A stretch of DNA of 63,208 nt, counting the filler, from Sphacelaria rigidula (lineage: Eukaryota): the NCBI GenBank assembly GCA_964200075.2. It is 7 parts of 7 records of this genome, joined end to end, with 100 filler letters (N's around TTAATTAATTAA, not from the genome) between each part and the next. Parts side by side here need not be neighbours in the genome. Positions count along the whole stretch, not along the records: positions 9,047 to 17,991 come from CAXNAA020009686.1; positions 18,092 to 27,035 come from CAXNAA020009687.1; 5 more parts are not named here. The stretch is one strand, 5' to 3'. Both the position numbers and the translations under genes were made by a program. The notes below the pieces were generated by a model. The model was given only the letters and a program-made list of their open reading frames with translations. It ran no database searches and was not told the DNA's origin. How positions within the stretch are numbered: the first letter of the stretch is position 1; each line of letters opens with the position of its first letter. This document shows, one piece after another, positions 10,945 through 23,800 of this stretch.

Positions 10945-13900
10945 GGTCAAACACCACGTAGTACGATCATCTCTTTTGCGCGGAGTTAAGGCTTCCCCAC
11001 CTCGCACAACACGATCTGGCTCGACCACCATCATGGTGAGCACGAAAAAATCGGTAACCTGGTTGCCAGCTGACGCAGTGAACGGCGTGTTCTACAGCGT
11101 CATCGTCAATCGATGCCAACCCCATAGGGGGGGCCTATCGCGACATGGGTCAAAGTCTACGTTAACATGTTCACCTTCGGTCGCAACCTCCTGCGGCGTC
11201 TTGTTGAGCGCGTAGCGAAGACCCAGCTCCCCCATGTACTCGCCAAACCACTCTTCGGATGGAATGAAGCCGTCTTCCCTTGCGCCCATCAAAGTGGTAC
11301 TACGTCTCGAAGCGGTGCAGGTGCTACTCGCCTGTGGCCTCACATTTCTGTCCACACAAGAAGGATATAAACAAAAAAACGGCAGTGCATGAAGACCAGG
11401 CATGTAAGGTGAACAAGATACCACCAACTGTTCTACGACAGTATGATGGACAACTTGTCTCGAGCATCCAAACCATGTTTCTTCTTCCATCCTTGTTTCT
11501 TCGTTGCAACACTGTGCAAAAAATACTGGTACAGATGGTTAAAATCGAAGCATGTCACTTGCACGCGCGTGCTTCCACGTCTTGTATGTGTTTGCCAACC
11601 TTTGATGAATGCACGGATTCTGATCACCACTGACTGCATGACACCATCTTCAAAACAAGAACCAAAAGTGGCGTTTGCACAAAGAGGATAATGATTCGAT
11701 ATTTCTGTGCTGAATGAGAACTGGATTCCCACTCAAGACGGCCATTTTCCAACACAAAAAGTACCACGTGCATCGATCGCGTTATAACAGTCAGTGCTAC
11801 GATGCTCGAAAAGTCGCAGGTCTGCACAATCGCCCTCGAGAACTCAAGATCGCCCTGTAACACGGGGTTTTCACACATATGATGCCGCCGTGTCCCCGCA
11901 GTCTGAAATACTACGACACGACTGAGGGAAATGGGGGGGGGGGGTTATCCCCCAATCAATGCCGTTGAAGTAGATGAGCCGTAATCATTTCCCACCGTCT
12001 CTTGTTTTCCACGAATGGGTATGAGGGTGGTTTTCCGCAAAATCTTTTCCACCGGAGGCATGTAGCAGAGGCCAGCCATTATGTTTTTTTTCGACGGCCT
12101 ACTCTGTTCTCTTCCACCTTTTCTGTCTCGTTTTGTTTTTCAGCGAGCGTTTCAGTGTTGTCTTGCATCGGGTGCGTTCATCGTGTGTGACCACGGCTGG
12201 ATTCCCAATACTAGGGGGTCAGTGCAAGTGCAACAGTCGATCAAATCGATGGATTACATCAAATGAATCCAGATAAGGCACGTGTGGTTTTACTGGTGTG
12301 TGTGTGTTTTCTGAGAAGCATTTAGTTTCCGTCGTTCGTGACCCGAGGACGTACGTACCAACCACAATCCCATGAGCGAGAGTCAGCGCAGTGCCGGAGC
12401 GTTGGTGGTCATGATCCAACCCGCGATACCAAAATGCAAGGGGTGTACCGGGAGAAAAATGGGTTCATCCCCAGAGGTCACGGACTCATCCCGAAGAGGA
12501 AGGGTCGACAGTATGACGGGGTGGGAGGAGGGATGTGAAGATAAATATCTTTGCGCGTCTACTGAAGACGTCATCTGTGCGCAAATCCTTGTCGCGGATG
12601 TGTTGGGACAGGCGTACTGAACTCGACCCATGCTTTACACTTTGCAGTCAAGAGGAGATTCGAAGTAAAAACGAGCAAGGTAAGGAGGTCCGTGTGGTGA
12701 GCATTTGTTCGCAGGCTGGCAGCAACACAAAAATCTCAGTGTCATCGTTCGTGCCGCGGTTTCGGGCGTCCAGGGGAAAGCCGTAAGAAAATGGAACGGA
12801 AAAAATCAAGAAAATAATACAAAACCGAGGCAAGTGGCTGGAGCGCACCGCGGGGCAGATAACTTCGCTGCCACACCGCCCAGAACACTCCACCCCCTTC
12901 AGTTTCATCCCCTCCAACCGCCCCCACCCTGCCGTGTCGGGCGTGGGGCTGCGTTTCTTCTTCTGCTCGGTAATTCTTGGATGATGACGTTGTGCGAGTG
13001 GTCGCGTACAACCCTGCCCACGATACCGACCCGCTGCAACATATGTAGTCCGCCAGTCGTAGATTTCAGTAGGTAGGTACCCTCGTCACTGTAGGAAATC
13101 ACCAGTGGACGGAAGTCTCTAACGACCGTGTGAGCGTCGATACGCCGGGATTATTGAGGCCGTGTGACAGAGGCATCGCATGCATAGGGGTATTCAAGCA
13201 CGCTGAATACGGCAGCGCCATCCGCCATGGGGATGGTTTGCACCGCACGGGTCGGGTCATACATGATGTTTTTATCATGGGTGCAGCAGGAAAAAGGACC
13301 CAAGGTTCACGCCCCACGCGCCCACCCGTCAGGATGGCTGATGAATAAATCAAGAGGCAGCAGCTGGCCAGATCGCGGAGCACAAGGGAAAACACGACGC
13401 ATCCCAAGGGTATTGGGGACGTGCCGTTGCTATTTCCCGTTTTACCGTCAGTTCCCTTGTTGCTGCTCTTTGACTTCAGGTCACCAATAATGCCCTGCTC
13501 GCTGTGCTGTATGTTTCTCCGTCCACATGTTGGGTTTCCCGACCGCGGTAGTATGTGGAACACAGGCCCCAGCTAGGATTCAAGCCAATTATGACTGGTG
13601 CTCCCAAGTACGGGAGGCTGTGTGTGGAACGCAGGCCCCAGCAAGGATCCAAGCCGAATGTCGCCGATGCCCAACAGCATCGACATCATCTCATTCCGTT
13701 TGCAGACGATCGGTCATGATACTACGCGCGCTGAAGGATGATCGATAACTCGTAAAACATAAAGTCGAAAGGAGCGATGACATGTCGGCTTGCCGCCGAT
13801 TGCAATTGTAGGACTTCTCTGTGCACAGCGCCGGAATGCACTTCGGGCGATCGGTGTCTCGCCACCGACTTGAATTTAAGGGCCGCCTGTTGTTTTCCGG

Positions 13901-15499
13901 GTGGTGTGTCGCCCCTTACTCGGCTTGAAACCAAAGATCGGACTGTGTACATACACATGTCAAGTGTTCACCTGACAGCTGATATGATGCTCAAATGCGG
14001 TATTGCATGCTATCCGCGAGAGGTACGGGCGCTTTTCGGTACCTCATGTGTCGGTTGGCAGCTGTCCAAGCCCCTGGCCCCCAAGGTAATGAGGGCTGTT
14101 ATTTCTACTGGGCTTCATCATACCAGACAGTTACTCCCAAGCTCCTTGTCCGTGTTGACTATTTTTTGCCCTTCTACCGCAGTGACACCCGACCAATTCA
14201 GAGTGGTTAGAAAGTCGACATAGTCATGATGGTCAACGATCTCCTGTTTCCATGGTGCTCTTAGGGATTGACCGGCGTCTGCTGAGAGGAGCTCGCCTGA
14301 GAGATTATGTCAAACTGTAAAGAAACGAGGGTCTCCGGGGGGAAGACACCTTGTGGCGGAACAACTCTCCCTGGGAAAACTCCCGCTTTTACGTTTAACC
14401 TCATCACATCCGTGCGCTGCACCCTCGATGGCATCCTTCCAACCTTCTCGGATCTAGCTGGAACTAATTAACTTCCTCAGCAAGAGCAGTCACCAGGTAT
14501 TCTCGTTTGCAATTCGAAGATACGAGAGAGGGAACGACACCGAGAAGTACGACGGTAACATCAGTCACGCACGTCACAGCGTTGACTGGTCCGATCCATC
14601 GAGGCGCCTTGAACAATGTCTCTTGCCGTGCTTTGGGTGAAACGCCTGGATTAAACTCAAGCTGCCCTTGGTTATCATACTGCCGTAGTGTGGTTGTTCA
14701 CTTGATGCCGAAGAATATTGATGCGAAAGTATGCCTGCTAATTATCTTTAGGTGACCAACCAGGCACCGCTTCGTGACACCAGCCCGTGCATGTTTCATC
14801 AAGTGCGTACAACGTGCACTGACAACGCATGACACATATCAAACGCGAGTGCTGTCAGTACGTACAGCACAGCACAGACAGTACCGTACTAGAGGACAGC
14901 TTAATAAAAGGCGTAAGATGAAGTGCACATGATGCATGAATGCACGTACATGGTAAATCGTACCCGCCCTCGTGGGGGTACAGGGTGATACTAGTGGAGC
15001 GACCACGGTACGGTGCAGACAACAGTCCGGCACCGTACAATACAAGCAAGTGCGACGTTGCCGTCATCAGCGCGCAACATACGCAGGATGTGCACAACCA
15101 CTATGAGTATCGAGGTAGCCACCGAGATCGCATGCTAGAACTCACGTATAAAATACCCCACTCCTCTACTCTGTGCTGTACTACGCGGGTGATTCGAATT
15201 GAGGGGCAGGGATGAACTGTGCAAACAGTACCGTACCGTACACACCGTACCGTACGCATCGTACCGTCCTACCCTATATACTGTTACTGCCTGTACCGAG
15301 ACGCCTCACTGCGAATAAAATGGTTTGTAGATATAGTAGTTATACTGTAGCTCTACCGAGTGTATCCAAGGACAACTCCAACATCAATCTGAAACTAAAC
15401 GGCTCAAATGAATGCCTGGCACATGATACGTCATCATAAAAGCCAGAATTTAAACCAAATCGAAGTCATGGTCGCCTCCCAAGACAATAATATACATAC

Positions 15500-16026
15500 C
15501 CGCCGACGAGGCACTTTGACCCTGACCCTGGCTGCTGGGGTTATCTGGCAGAGATCAAACATAAGGAGAGACTACTGCCGTCCATGTCGTGGGTTGCCGT
15601 CTCGGACGTTTTAGGCGTGGGACCCGTCTTTTACGTGAGCTTCAGTCGTTCTCACAACGAGGCGGTGCAACACGAGGAATATTGGAGGGTAGGGCCATTA
15701 AACACGCCCACCTAGGGTGCCCCTGTCTTGACCTGCGCGTGGAGTTGCATCCGTTTCAACAGCAGTACACCAGCCGTTGCGTTTACCACGCTACTGCACG
15801 AAAGCCTGCTAGTTCAACCCGACCTCGTCTGTTCTCTGTACTGCACAGTACTTCAGGACATCGATGACGTTTGCTTTCATGTGCCGCAAAGACGCACCAC
15901 AGCACGAACACAGAACGCCTGCGCTTACGACGCATTTATTGCTCACCTTAAACTTGGCGACACTGTGAAAGCATTGACGCAAGCGCACGTGAGCGCAACG
16001 GTAGCGGCTATGGAAGTGGCCTTCAT
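15500..16026 (-). CDS. 5' exons of a probable secreted or plastid-targeted protein of unknown function (partial)
   Basis: Exons 16026-15947, 15732-15656 and 15544-15500 have GT-AG introns and consistent phases, giving MKATSIAATVALTCACVNAFTVSPSLRSRQGHPRWACLMALPSNIPRVAPPRYNPSSQGQGQSASSA. The signal peptide ends VNA-F, resembling the ASAFAP motif. Confidence 0.5.
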
Positions 16027-17924
16027 TGTGCGTTGATAACCGATACGTTCGTGATGTACAGACAACAACTGCTCGTGTGAAAACCCCAAGCTCAGTGTTG
16101 AGCGATATGATCAGGGCTTTTCTCAGACCGGTTTTGGAAAATGGTTATACGTACGTTTTGGTCGTTGACCCCCGTCTCATTCTCTTCCCATCATATGGAG
16201 GCGGTATACATAGCTGTCTAATTACATCGCGAACTTAATTTTAAATGTTATTATTCATTGATTGACATTATTATTTTCATACATTAGTCCAATCTCTCGA
16301 ACCCGTGGTCACAGACGTAGGTGCGCCGTTCCAATAATGTGCCGTATTTCTTATAATACTGAGCAAGTACCGAGGCATATATTTTTCATCATTTCTTCTG
16401 AAACTTCAGGCAAAAATTCGAAAAAATAAATAAACTGATGCACCGAGATCACAAAAGGAAGAGAGACAAGAAAACAGATCATATTCCATTTTGAATGGTC
16501 ATGCTACACGTCAAGGCTGCACACCGCATTATACGAGCATTCTATACAGCGTGGTACATGTACCAAAGATTGTAACGTGAACCTGATGTATGAAAAAGCC
16601 TTTGGTACAAACAACAGTATAGTACAATGCAAAACCCCTGTTCGTAAAAGTATTTATCTAGAAAGTATTCAGATGGTTTCCACATATTCGACATGGCCGG
16701 TATATATATTGCCTTTATGGGCAGGTTTGAGAGCGTCTCTACACTTGTATCTGTGAGCGGCGGTGCTGTGCGCCTGGACGCGCCGTGCCGTGTGCTGTGG
16801 GTGCGCCATGTGTCGGCTCTCTTGTGCGCATGTGGATTCAAAATAGTGTTGGTAGAACCGACCGGTCTGCACAAACGTGCAGCGATTTGCAGTGGAACTG
16901 GTTCTATTTTTGCAGCCAGATTCTCAAGACTTGCCTGTACAGGAAAATACGGTAGCCGTAGATACTGTTTGTACCTCTTGCCTACCGTGCGGCGTTTGTG
17001 CCCCACTATCGATCAGAAACGTCACCGCGCCGTCCGATCCAAGCTACAACTAGCTCTGCTGCCAGCTTGTTTGGCAACAGTAATAAGCGGGGGCGACGCA
17101 CGTGGTCGCTAGTCGCGCGGGTGGTGGCAACGAAGATGACAACACCAGGCCTGACTGCGACTGGCCGAGTGAGCCGGCCAGTCCGCGGCAATAGTGGTAT
17201 CTTTCCCGGTCGCATGGCGAACGTCGACAGCAACTCGAGTCCCCGCGGAGAAAATAGAACATCTTGGCCCCGCGAACACGCAACTCCTAGGGTGACTTGA
17301 TTGCCCCCTACCAGTGCTACCCCTCATGAACGATTATTACAGCAGCAGGGCAATTGCGTTGCTGTTGTAATGTGTATCTCGTGGCACGTGTCCGTCCGCA
17401 CCTAGGTGAGATTGTGTGCGTGGGGCTTCAGCCTTAATCGAGAAATAGTCAGAAATAGTCGGGCAGTACTCTTGTTGACACCGTGCAAATCAACCGTGTT
17501 TACGTGATCAACCAAGTGTAGTGCCAACCAAGTGTAGTGCAGCCGCGACCCCCTTCCGCCCGTTTTTACCGGGCCCCATTTCCACGTTGATCGGCCGAAA
17601 AATCGCCGAAACGGCGAAGGCAGATTCTGAATTCTGCTCATGATTATCGCGGAGGAGGTGGTGTGTTATTTCAATGCGACACGGACAAACCTGAGGCCTT
17701 TCCAACCCAACTATCCGTAACATATATATCGCCCCTCGACTTATTTCATCCCCTTCGGACGCACGAAAAGTCACCCCAACACGATCGGCCAAAACCCAAA
17801 ATGCCTGTTCTAGTTGCTTCTTGTCAATAAATAACGCCACATCTTCAATCGTAAACAATAGTCATAGTGAGGGGATGGATCTTTTATTGAGGATGAGAAA
17901 CCCGGAGAATTCAAATATTCGTTT

Positions 17925-17991
17925 TTTATTATTATTATATCCATCACATTAGCTCGATCTCTCGAACCCGTGGTCACAGAGTGCAAGGAGC
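17925..17991 (-). mobile_element. 3' end of a non-LTR retroelement with a (TAA)n-like tail
   Basis: The motif attatt..cattag..tctctcgaacccgtggtcacaga is shared with about 16268-16320. Confidence 0.5.
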
Positions 17992-18181
17992 NNNNNNNNN
18001 NNNNNNNNNNNNNNNNNNNNNNNNNNNNNNNNNNNTTAATTAATTAANNNNNNNNNNNNNNNNNNNNNNNNNNNNNNNNNNNNNNNNNNNNATTTTCAGC
18101 AACACGCCACCTTTTCTTTAAGACACCAGACACGTCATTCCTGACCAGCCTCTGGGTCGTTCTGGAGGCCCGGTCCCAGAA

Positions 18182-18644
18182 GGGTCAAGGCTACTTCTTA
18201 TGCATAAAAGAATAAAACTTGTTGAAAAGTGCATTTTTGGCCCTTCTCCGTTGTTTTTCCCCCGAAAAGAGGACTCGGTGGCTGTTGACACCTCGCTGAG
18301 ACGGTCCCAGAGCACCTTTGCGTTTTCCGTAGGTCATGGTTTCGTTTTTGGCGAAACTTGCATTTCAATAACAAACGGTCAAGTTACCAAAAAAATGTCA
18401 GTTTTTTCCCCCTGTTTTTAGATCACTTGACCGTTTTATTGAAAATGCAAGTTTCGCCAAAAACGAAACCGCGACCTACGGAAAACGCAAAGGTGCTCTG
18501 GGACCGTCTCAGCGAGTACAGCAAGTCATTCCAAGGTGTAAACAGCCATCGAGTCCTCTTTACGGGGGAAAAACGACGAAGAAGGACCAAAAATGCACTT
18601 TTCAAAAAGTTTTGTTTTTTTATACATGAGGAGTAGCCTAACCC
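18182..18644. mobile_element. Foldback/MITE-like ~460-bp inverted repeat
   Basis: Arms are about 205 bp. For example tcgctgagacggtcccagagcacctttgcgttttccgtaggtc (18292) pairs with its reverse complement at 18474-18515. Confidence 0.85.
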
Positions 18645-20009
18645 ATGAAAAAAAACGTGTGTGCACTGGTGATTGGTTTTATTATGCCCCACGTATTGTT
18701 CATGCCAATTTTTCAAGTTCAGGTTCCAACTCTAGATATTGGCCCGCTGATGGGCCGTTTGGTGACGGGGTCGGTGGGAATCCGGAACAGTATTTCGCAG
18801 GCCACTCACCGGCCCATGTTCGGTTCTTGTGTATTGAAATTTTGTGTGGACCCTCGCTAGGGCATAATTAACCCAACAAAGTGGGTCGGATTGATTTTTT
18901 TATTCTTTCACTGGTTTAGGGCGTTTTAGTATTGAAACGACCACTTTTTACGAGAACGCCCGAACCTCTAAGAAAAAAACAAAATTGAGATATGGCCCGA
19001 GAGCAGTGTTCATTTCTCCCCAAGACTGCCCTACCAAAAAAATAAGTCAAGAATCTGATTTTTATATCCTAATCATAGCATCACTCTCAAAAACTGAGAC
19101 ATGATATCCAGATTTAGTTCATCTAGTGCCTCTGCTCGTAATATACTGGTTATAGCGTGGAAAATCATGTGCGCCATATCTCGAAATAGATTACGAATTG
19201 GGGGAAGCTGAGGGTATCTATCGTCTCCCCATGCTCCAGAAAATGTTCACACTAGATTCGTCATCTGTTGAATGTGTCGATCGGGGTTTCATATAGAGTT
19301 TAGTATGAACGCTATCTCCGTTGGGTGAAGGAGTCACAAAACATCAGGTTCAATCAACGAGAAAATATTGGCCGAGACTTTTGAGCAAATGGGCACCTTC
19401 CCTTGATTGGACAGTTAATACGATGTAAGGATCATGGCCTAACTCGTCTATGTCGATGAGATATTGCTTTGAGAGCTTAAATCCGTTCTTAGGCTGGCCC
19501 AGCTCGAAGTGTACTGATCCGGATCATGAGCTAGCTAGCTCATTCGGCCCCTGTTCTGCCCTCCAGCGCTGGACACTGAGCACGCGGAGTGGCGCAAAGA
19601 TTGAGCTTCGGCCTCTATGATGGAGCTGTCACGTGTGCTGTGTCGTTGGACGAACGGATATGAGAAAACTATTTTTGATCTGTTCTTTCAAGTAGCTCGT
19701 GAGCTGTCCGACGTGTGCTCTTTTCTATTCCGCTGGCAGTTAAGATCTCTCGTTAGATATCTCGTGACCCGTTGGCCGCAGCGGAAGAGTAGCCAGGGGC
19801 TGGATTGATACTTTACCGAGTTCTGCATCAATATCTGATGACAAACATGAGCGACACTTGCACGTTTTGGGTTTTACCCACCTTTGTATGTCTCCCTTTT
19901 CCTCATGCCCATCGCTTTTGCCTTCCCTCCCCTCTTTGCAGGGATGCGAGGTCAATGGTCTTATGACTATGGCATGCATAATCATGAGTGCCCCCCCCCC
20001 CTCTTCAAT

Positions 20010-20303
20010 CGAGACACCCATAAGGAAGCGTGTAACCCATGACTGTCTCTGGAAGTGGCACTACCAGAAAATGAAGCAACTCACTGGAGGATGTCATCCC
20101 AAGTGCAAGATAATTTGTATGGTTCGGGCCGAACAGTATTAGCAGGATGCAGCTCATCCTTCATGCGACTCGCCGACCACATCACGGCGCTGTGCTGGTG
20201 ACTGCGAGCTTGGTCCGGCGAAAACCCGGCGTGCTCCGTCCCGGCTTCGTAGGGATGCAATGTCAAGGGTGTAAGGGCAACGGCATGCAAGATCATGAAT
20301 ACA
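20010..20303 (-). mobile_element. LTR-like dispersed repeat, copy of 10646-10944
   Basis: Co-linear with 53169-53470 and with the reverse complement of 10646-10944. Confidence 0.65.
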
Positions 20304-20844
20304 CTCTCCCCAATACCCCCCGTCGTCATTGATCATCAACTCTCGCACGGCTCAGGTGTGTTCGTCTTTGAATGGGGACCGTATTCGCTCGGAAAAACAT
20401 AAAAACTTGCTAGACCCGGGTGTCGATCCGCGAGCACCCGAAGGGAGGGGAGTGGCAACCCGCTTGCTTCTACCGTCGCTCTTGGTGCATCGTTTGACCG
20501 TATACCCCAAATATGGAATTGACAAGAACAAGAAACGAGGAAGGCAGCAGTCGTCCTCGAGGGTGAATAATGTTCATACACGAACGTATGTATATATATA
20601 TATGTGTGTGTATTTGTAACACGACCTTCTCATGACGTGGAGCTCCAACAGAGGCCTGTCTTGTTATTTTCCTCTGTGGGGACCAGTACTGCATCTTCAG
20701 ACCCTTTATTTTTATGTTTCCCACTCCTCCCGTCCTTCCTCCCTCCCCCCTCACAGTTCCCAGTAATAGCATGTGTGAATATCATCATTTATGCATCGTT
20801 ATGGATCGCTTCTTGCGGCTTTTTTTATGTATATTACTATTCAG

Positions 20845-23800
20845 TCGTTCGCCTGCTGCTGGACTATGGGGCGGATGTGGAAGCTCGTGACACGGAAGGA
20901 AACGCCCCGCAGGTGACAAGGAGAAAAAAACTCTAATGAGGATAGCACGGGGGAGTGGTGAAATTTTTTTGTAACAAGCTTGACTTTTTTCTTGTTTTCT
21001 GTACACGAACGAACACACATCGAGTTCTCAAGGTGAATGCCGTGCCAGCTGGGCCATTCGAAATTTTCTGGTGGGTAAGAGTTGGGAGCTGAAATATTGA
21101 CAAGATGTGTGTTATTATCAATACGCAGAAAGTAGCCGAAGCGACGAAGAGAAAAATAGGGGGGGAAATCAGAATGTTGAAGCGATTTGCAATGTTTGAA
21201 GAATAAAATGACGCGCCTCGATGCAAAAACAAATCCTTTACAAACATCGACAACGCAGTTCTACTGCCAGAAGGCAAGGAGATGACAAATCACGTAAAGA
21301 TAGTCGATAGGTGGGAGACGGGGGACCCCACACCAATTCCAAAAGATTCTACGACCACCCCACACCCAGCAGGAGGCTTACATGACAATTTCTTCACGGC
21401 AGTGTACGTAGACGACTACCTGCAGATTCGCGTACAGCACTCCGACGACGACACGAGCGCATTCGGTTCCGCCAAGAATTATGCACGTGCGCACAGAACG
21501 TCCTGTGATATTTCTGCTCGCAAACCCTATAGTTGGGCTGGGCCATGACATTTTTTCTCCTTCGACACCACTTCACACCGGTGGTCTAGGTGATACAGGA
21601 TACTCAAAGTATGGGGGTTATAAGTTCGATTCCCAATAAATACTTTTTTTTCTTGCAGAATTTGGCCCCGTCGTTGGGGTTACATACAGGCTGGGCCGCC
21701 CAAGAAGCCACCAGGAATGTCGAAACGCATTTTCTTCGCTCAATTTTGGATCGTTTTCGATGAAATTTCGACACGATGTACAGGACGTATGTGCAAACAC
21801 CTCACCTCCCATCCCCTGTTTTGTTTTTGTTTTCTTGGTGAGTTTTTGGCAAGTTTGTTCCGTAAAATAACTGTTCTGGAATGTTCCTTCGCCAATAACT
21901 CACGGAGAAAAAAAACACAAACAGGGGGATGGAAGGTGAAGTGTTCGAACATACTTCTTGTACATCGTGTCAAAATTTCATCGAAAACAATCCAAGATTA
22001 AGCGAAGAAAATGCGTCATTCCGTCGACAAGCGGTTTCTCTAGTGTATGGAGGGGGACCAGTTGTGAATAATTCAAACGCAGTTCCTGCGCTCAATTTTG
22101 GATTTTTTTTCGATGAAATTTCGACACGATGCAGAGGACGTGTGGGCAAACACCGAACCTTTCATCCCTTTTTTTTCTGCGTGAGTTATTGGCAATTTTG
22201 TTCCAAAAAAGTGTTCTGAAATGTTCCGTCGCCAATAACTCCGAAGAAAATGAAAAAAAATACACGGGAGGAACGAAAGGGTGTCGGCACATACTTCCTG
22301 TACATCATGTCAAAATTTCATCGAAAACGACTGAGTATTGAGCTCGGGAATCTTGCCACAGCTTGTGCGGCACCGCCTGGCACTAAACTAACTCTAACCG
22401 AAAATCCAATCTCAGCCGTTTTGTTTTTGGCTAATTCCGCCGCATATAGTACCCTCAACTCTTGACACTTTCGCACTTGATTACAGTTTGGTATTTCGTT
22501 TGATGAGACCTTGTCGGACCAGTGCTACATGGTTTTGAAGACGCACGCTGGTTCGTCGATTACCACGATGTGTTATAGTGGGCACAACTCTCGAGACATC
22601 GTCAGTTAGAACGGGCTGAGGGAAAGTGAGCTTCTTCGGCGGCCCAGCCTGTATACTATTCAGTACAGGCAGTGACCACGGAAGGCGTCCGCATCAGATG
22701 CCCAGTACGAATGTACCGCGCAAATATCGGAACGGTTTTTTAATGTGAAGACAACAACAACAACAACAACAACAACAGGCTGGTTCACCCTCATCACGCA
22801 AAATTGTGCCATCAGCAAATGCCTTTCGCAGTACCTACCCAACAGTAGCATACATGACATCATATACTGGCCGCCATGGACAGCTGAAGAGCGTGATATA
22901 CTCTGACTTCTGTTTGAAGCCATAGTGGTGACGCTAAGGGCGAAAAGGTACTTCGACCAATCAGCGCCCGCCAAATTGTTCCGATATCGAAATTACGAAT
23001 TCCGCGCCGAATCTTCACCCAACCTCCACATGCTTTGAGTCGTAAAGACCGCCATCAGCTCGGGAACCTCAGCGAAGAGAAACACATTGAAAAACGGTTA
23101 CTATGGGAGTTGAATTGTATCTGCAACCGTGATGTTTCGGTGTTGTGGGGTTTTGGCGTCGTCTAAATTCCACTAATGATACGCACGAAAGACCCAGAGA
23201 GCCTCTTGACGGTGTCCCCTATGTCTGTTGTAGAAGAGCTCAGATCGCCCTCAAACTTGGCTGTTCCGTAGAGATTGATCCTTCAAATGAAGAAGAACAA
23301 AATGTATTATTGGGAATATTTTTAAGTTTCTCCGTTCTCTACAGGCTTCCAGGGGTCCCAGTATCAAGACCCCCCCCCCCGGAAGGCGGGACAGAATGCC
23401 CCAAAAGAATAATCATGAAACGATGCGTCCCGGGATAGTCCAAGGAATACATGTACGAACGGTCGAAAAACTCGAAAACCTCACGAAAATTGTGATGCCT
23501 CGACGTAAAATTCACCCCCAAAACGATGTTTTAATTCTAGAACCAAATACAATACTTCGGAGTTTACACGTTTCAAGCGTATTCCTCGCACACTCGCGCA
23601 AAATATCACGCCGTTATTAGGAGTTGGACCCCAAAACTTCGCAAGAACATGGTATGTGTGATGACGCAACTTTCGATAGATGCTTTTTTTTTTTTTTTTC
23701 ATCGTTCGGGATCCGAGTCATTTTGTGAGTAATCTCCATTCCGGGACCCCGGAAAACTTACACTGCGATATATATTTTTTTTTCGCGGAACATGCTGTCG

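Noticed and set aside
12900..14750. Possible highly decayed LTR-retrotransposon gag/pol on the minus strand (SYNCNRR knuckle-like, PRWIGP)
   Set aside because: The motifs are too degenerate and not in the expected order. A profile search is needed.
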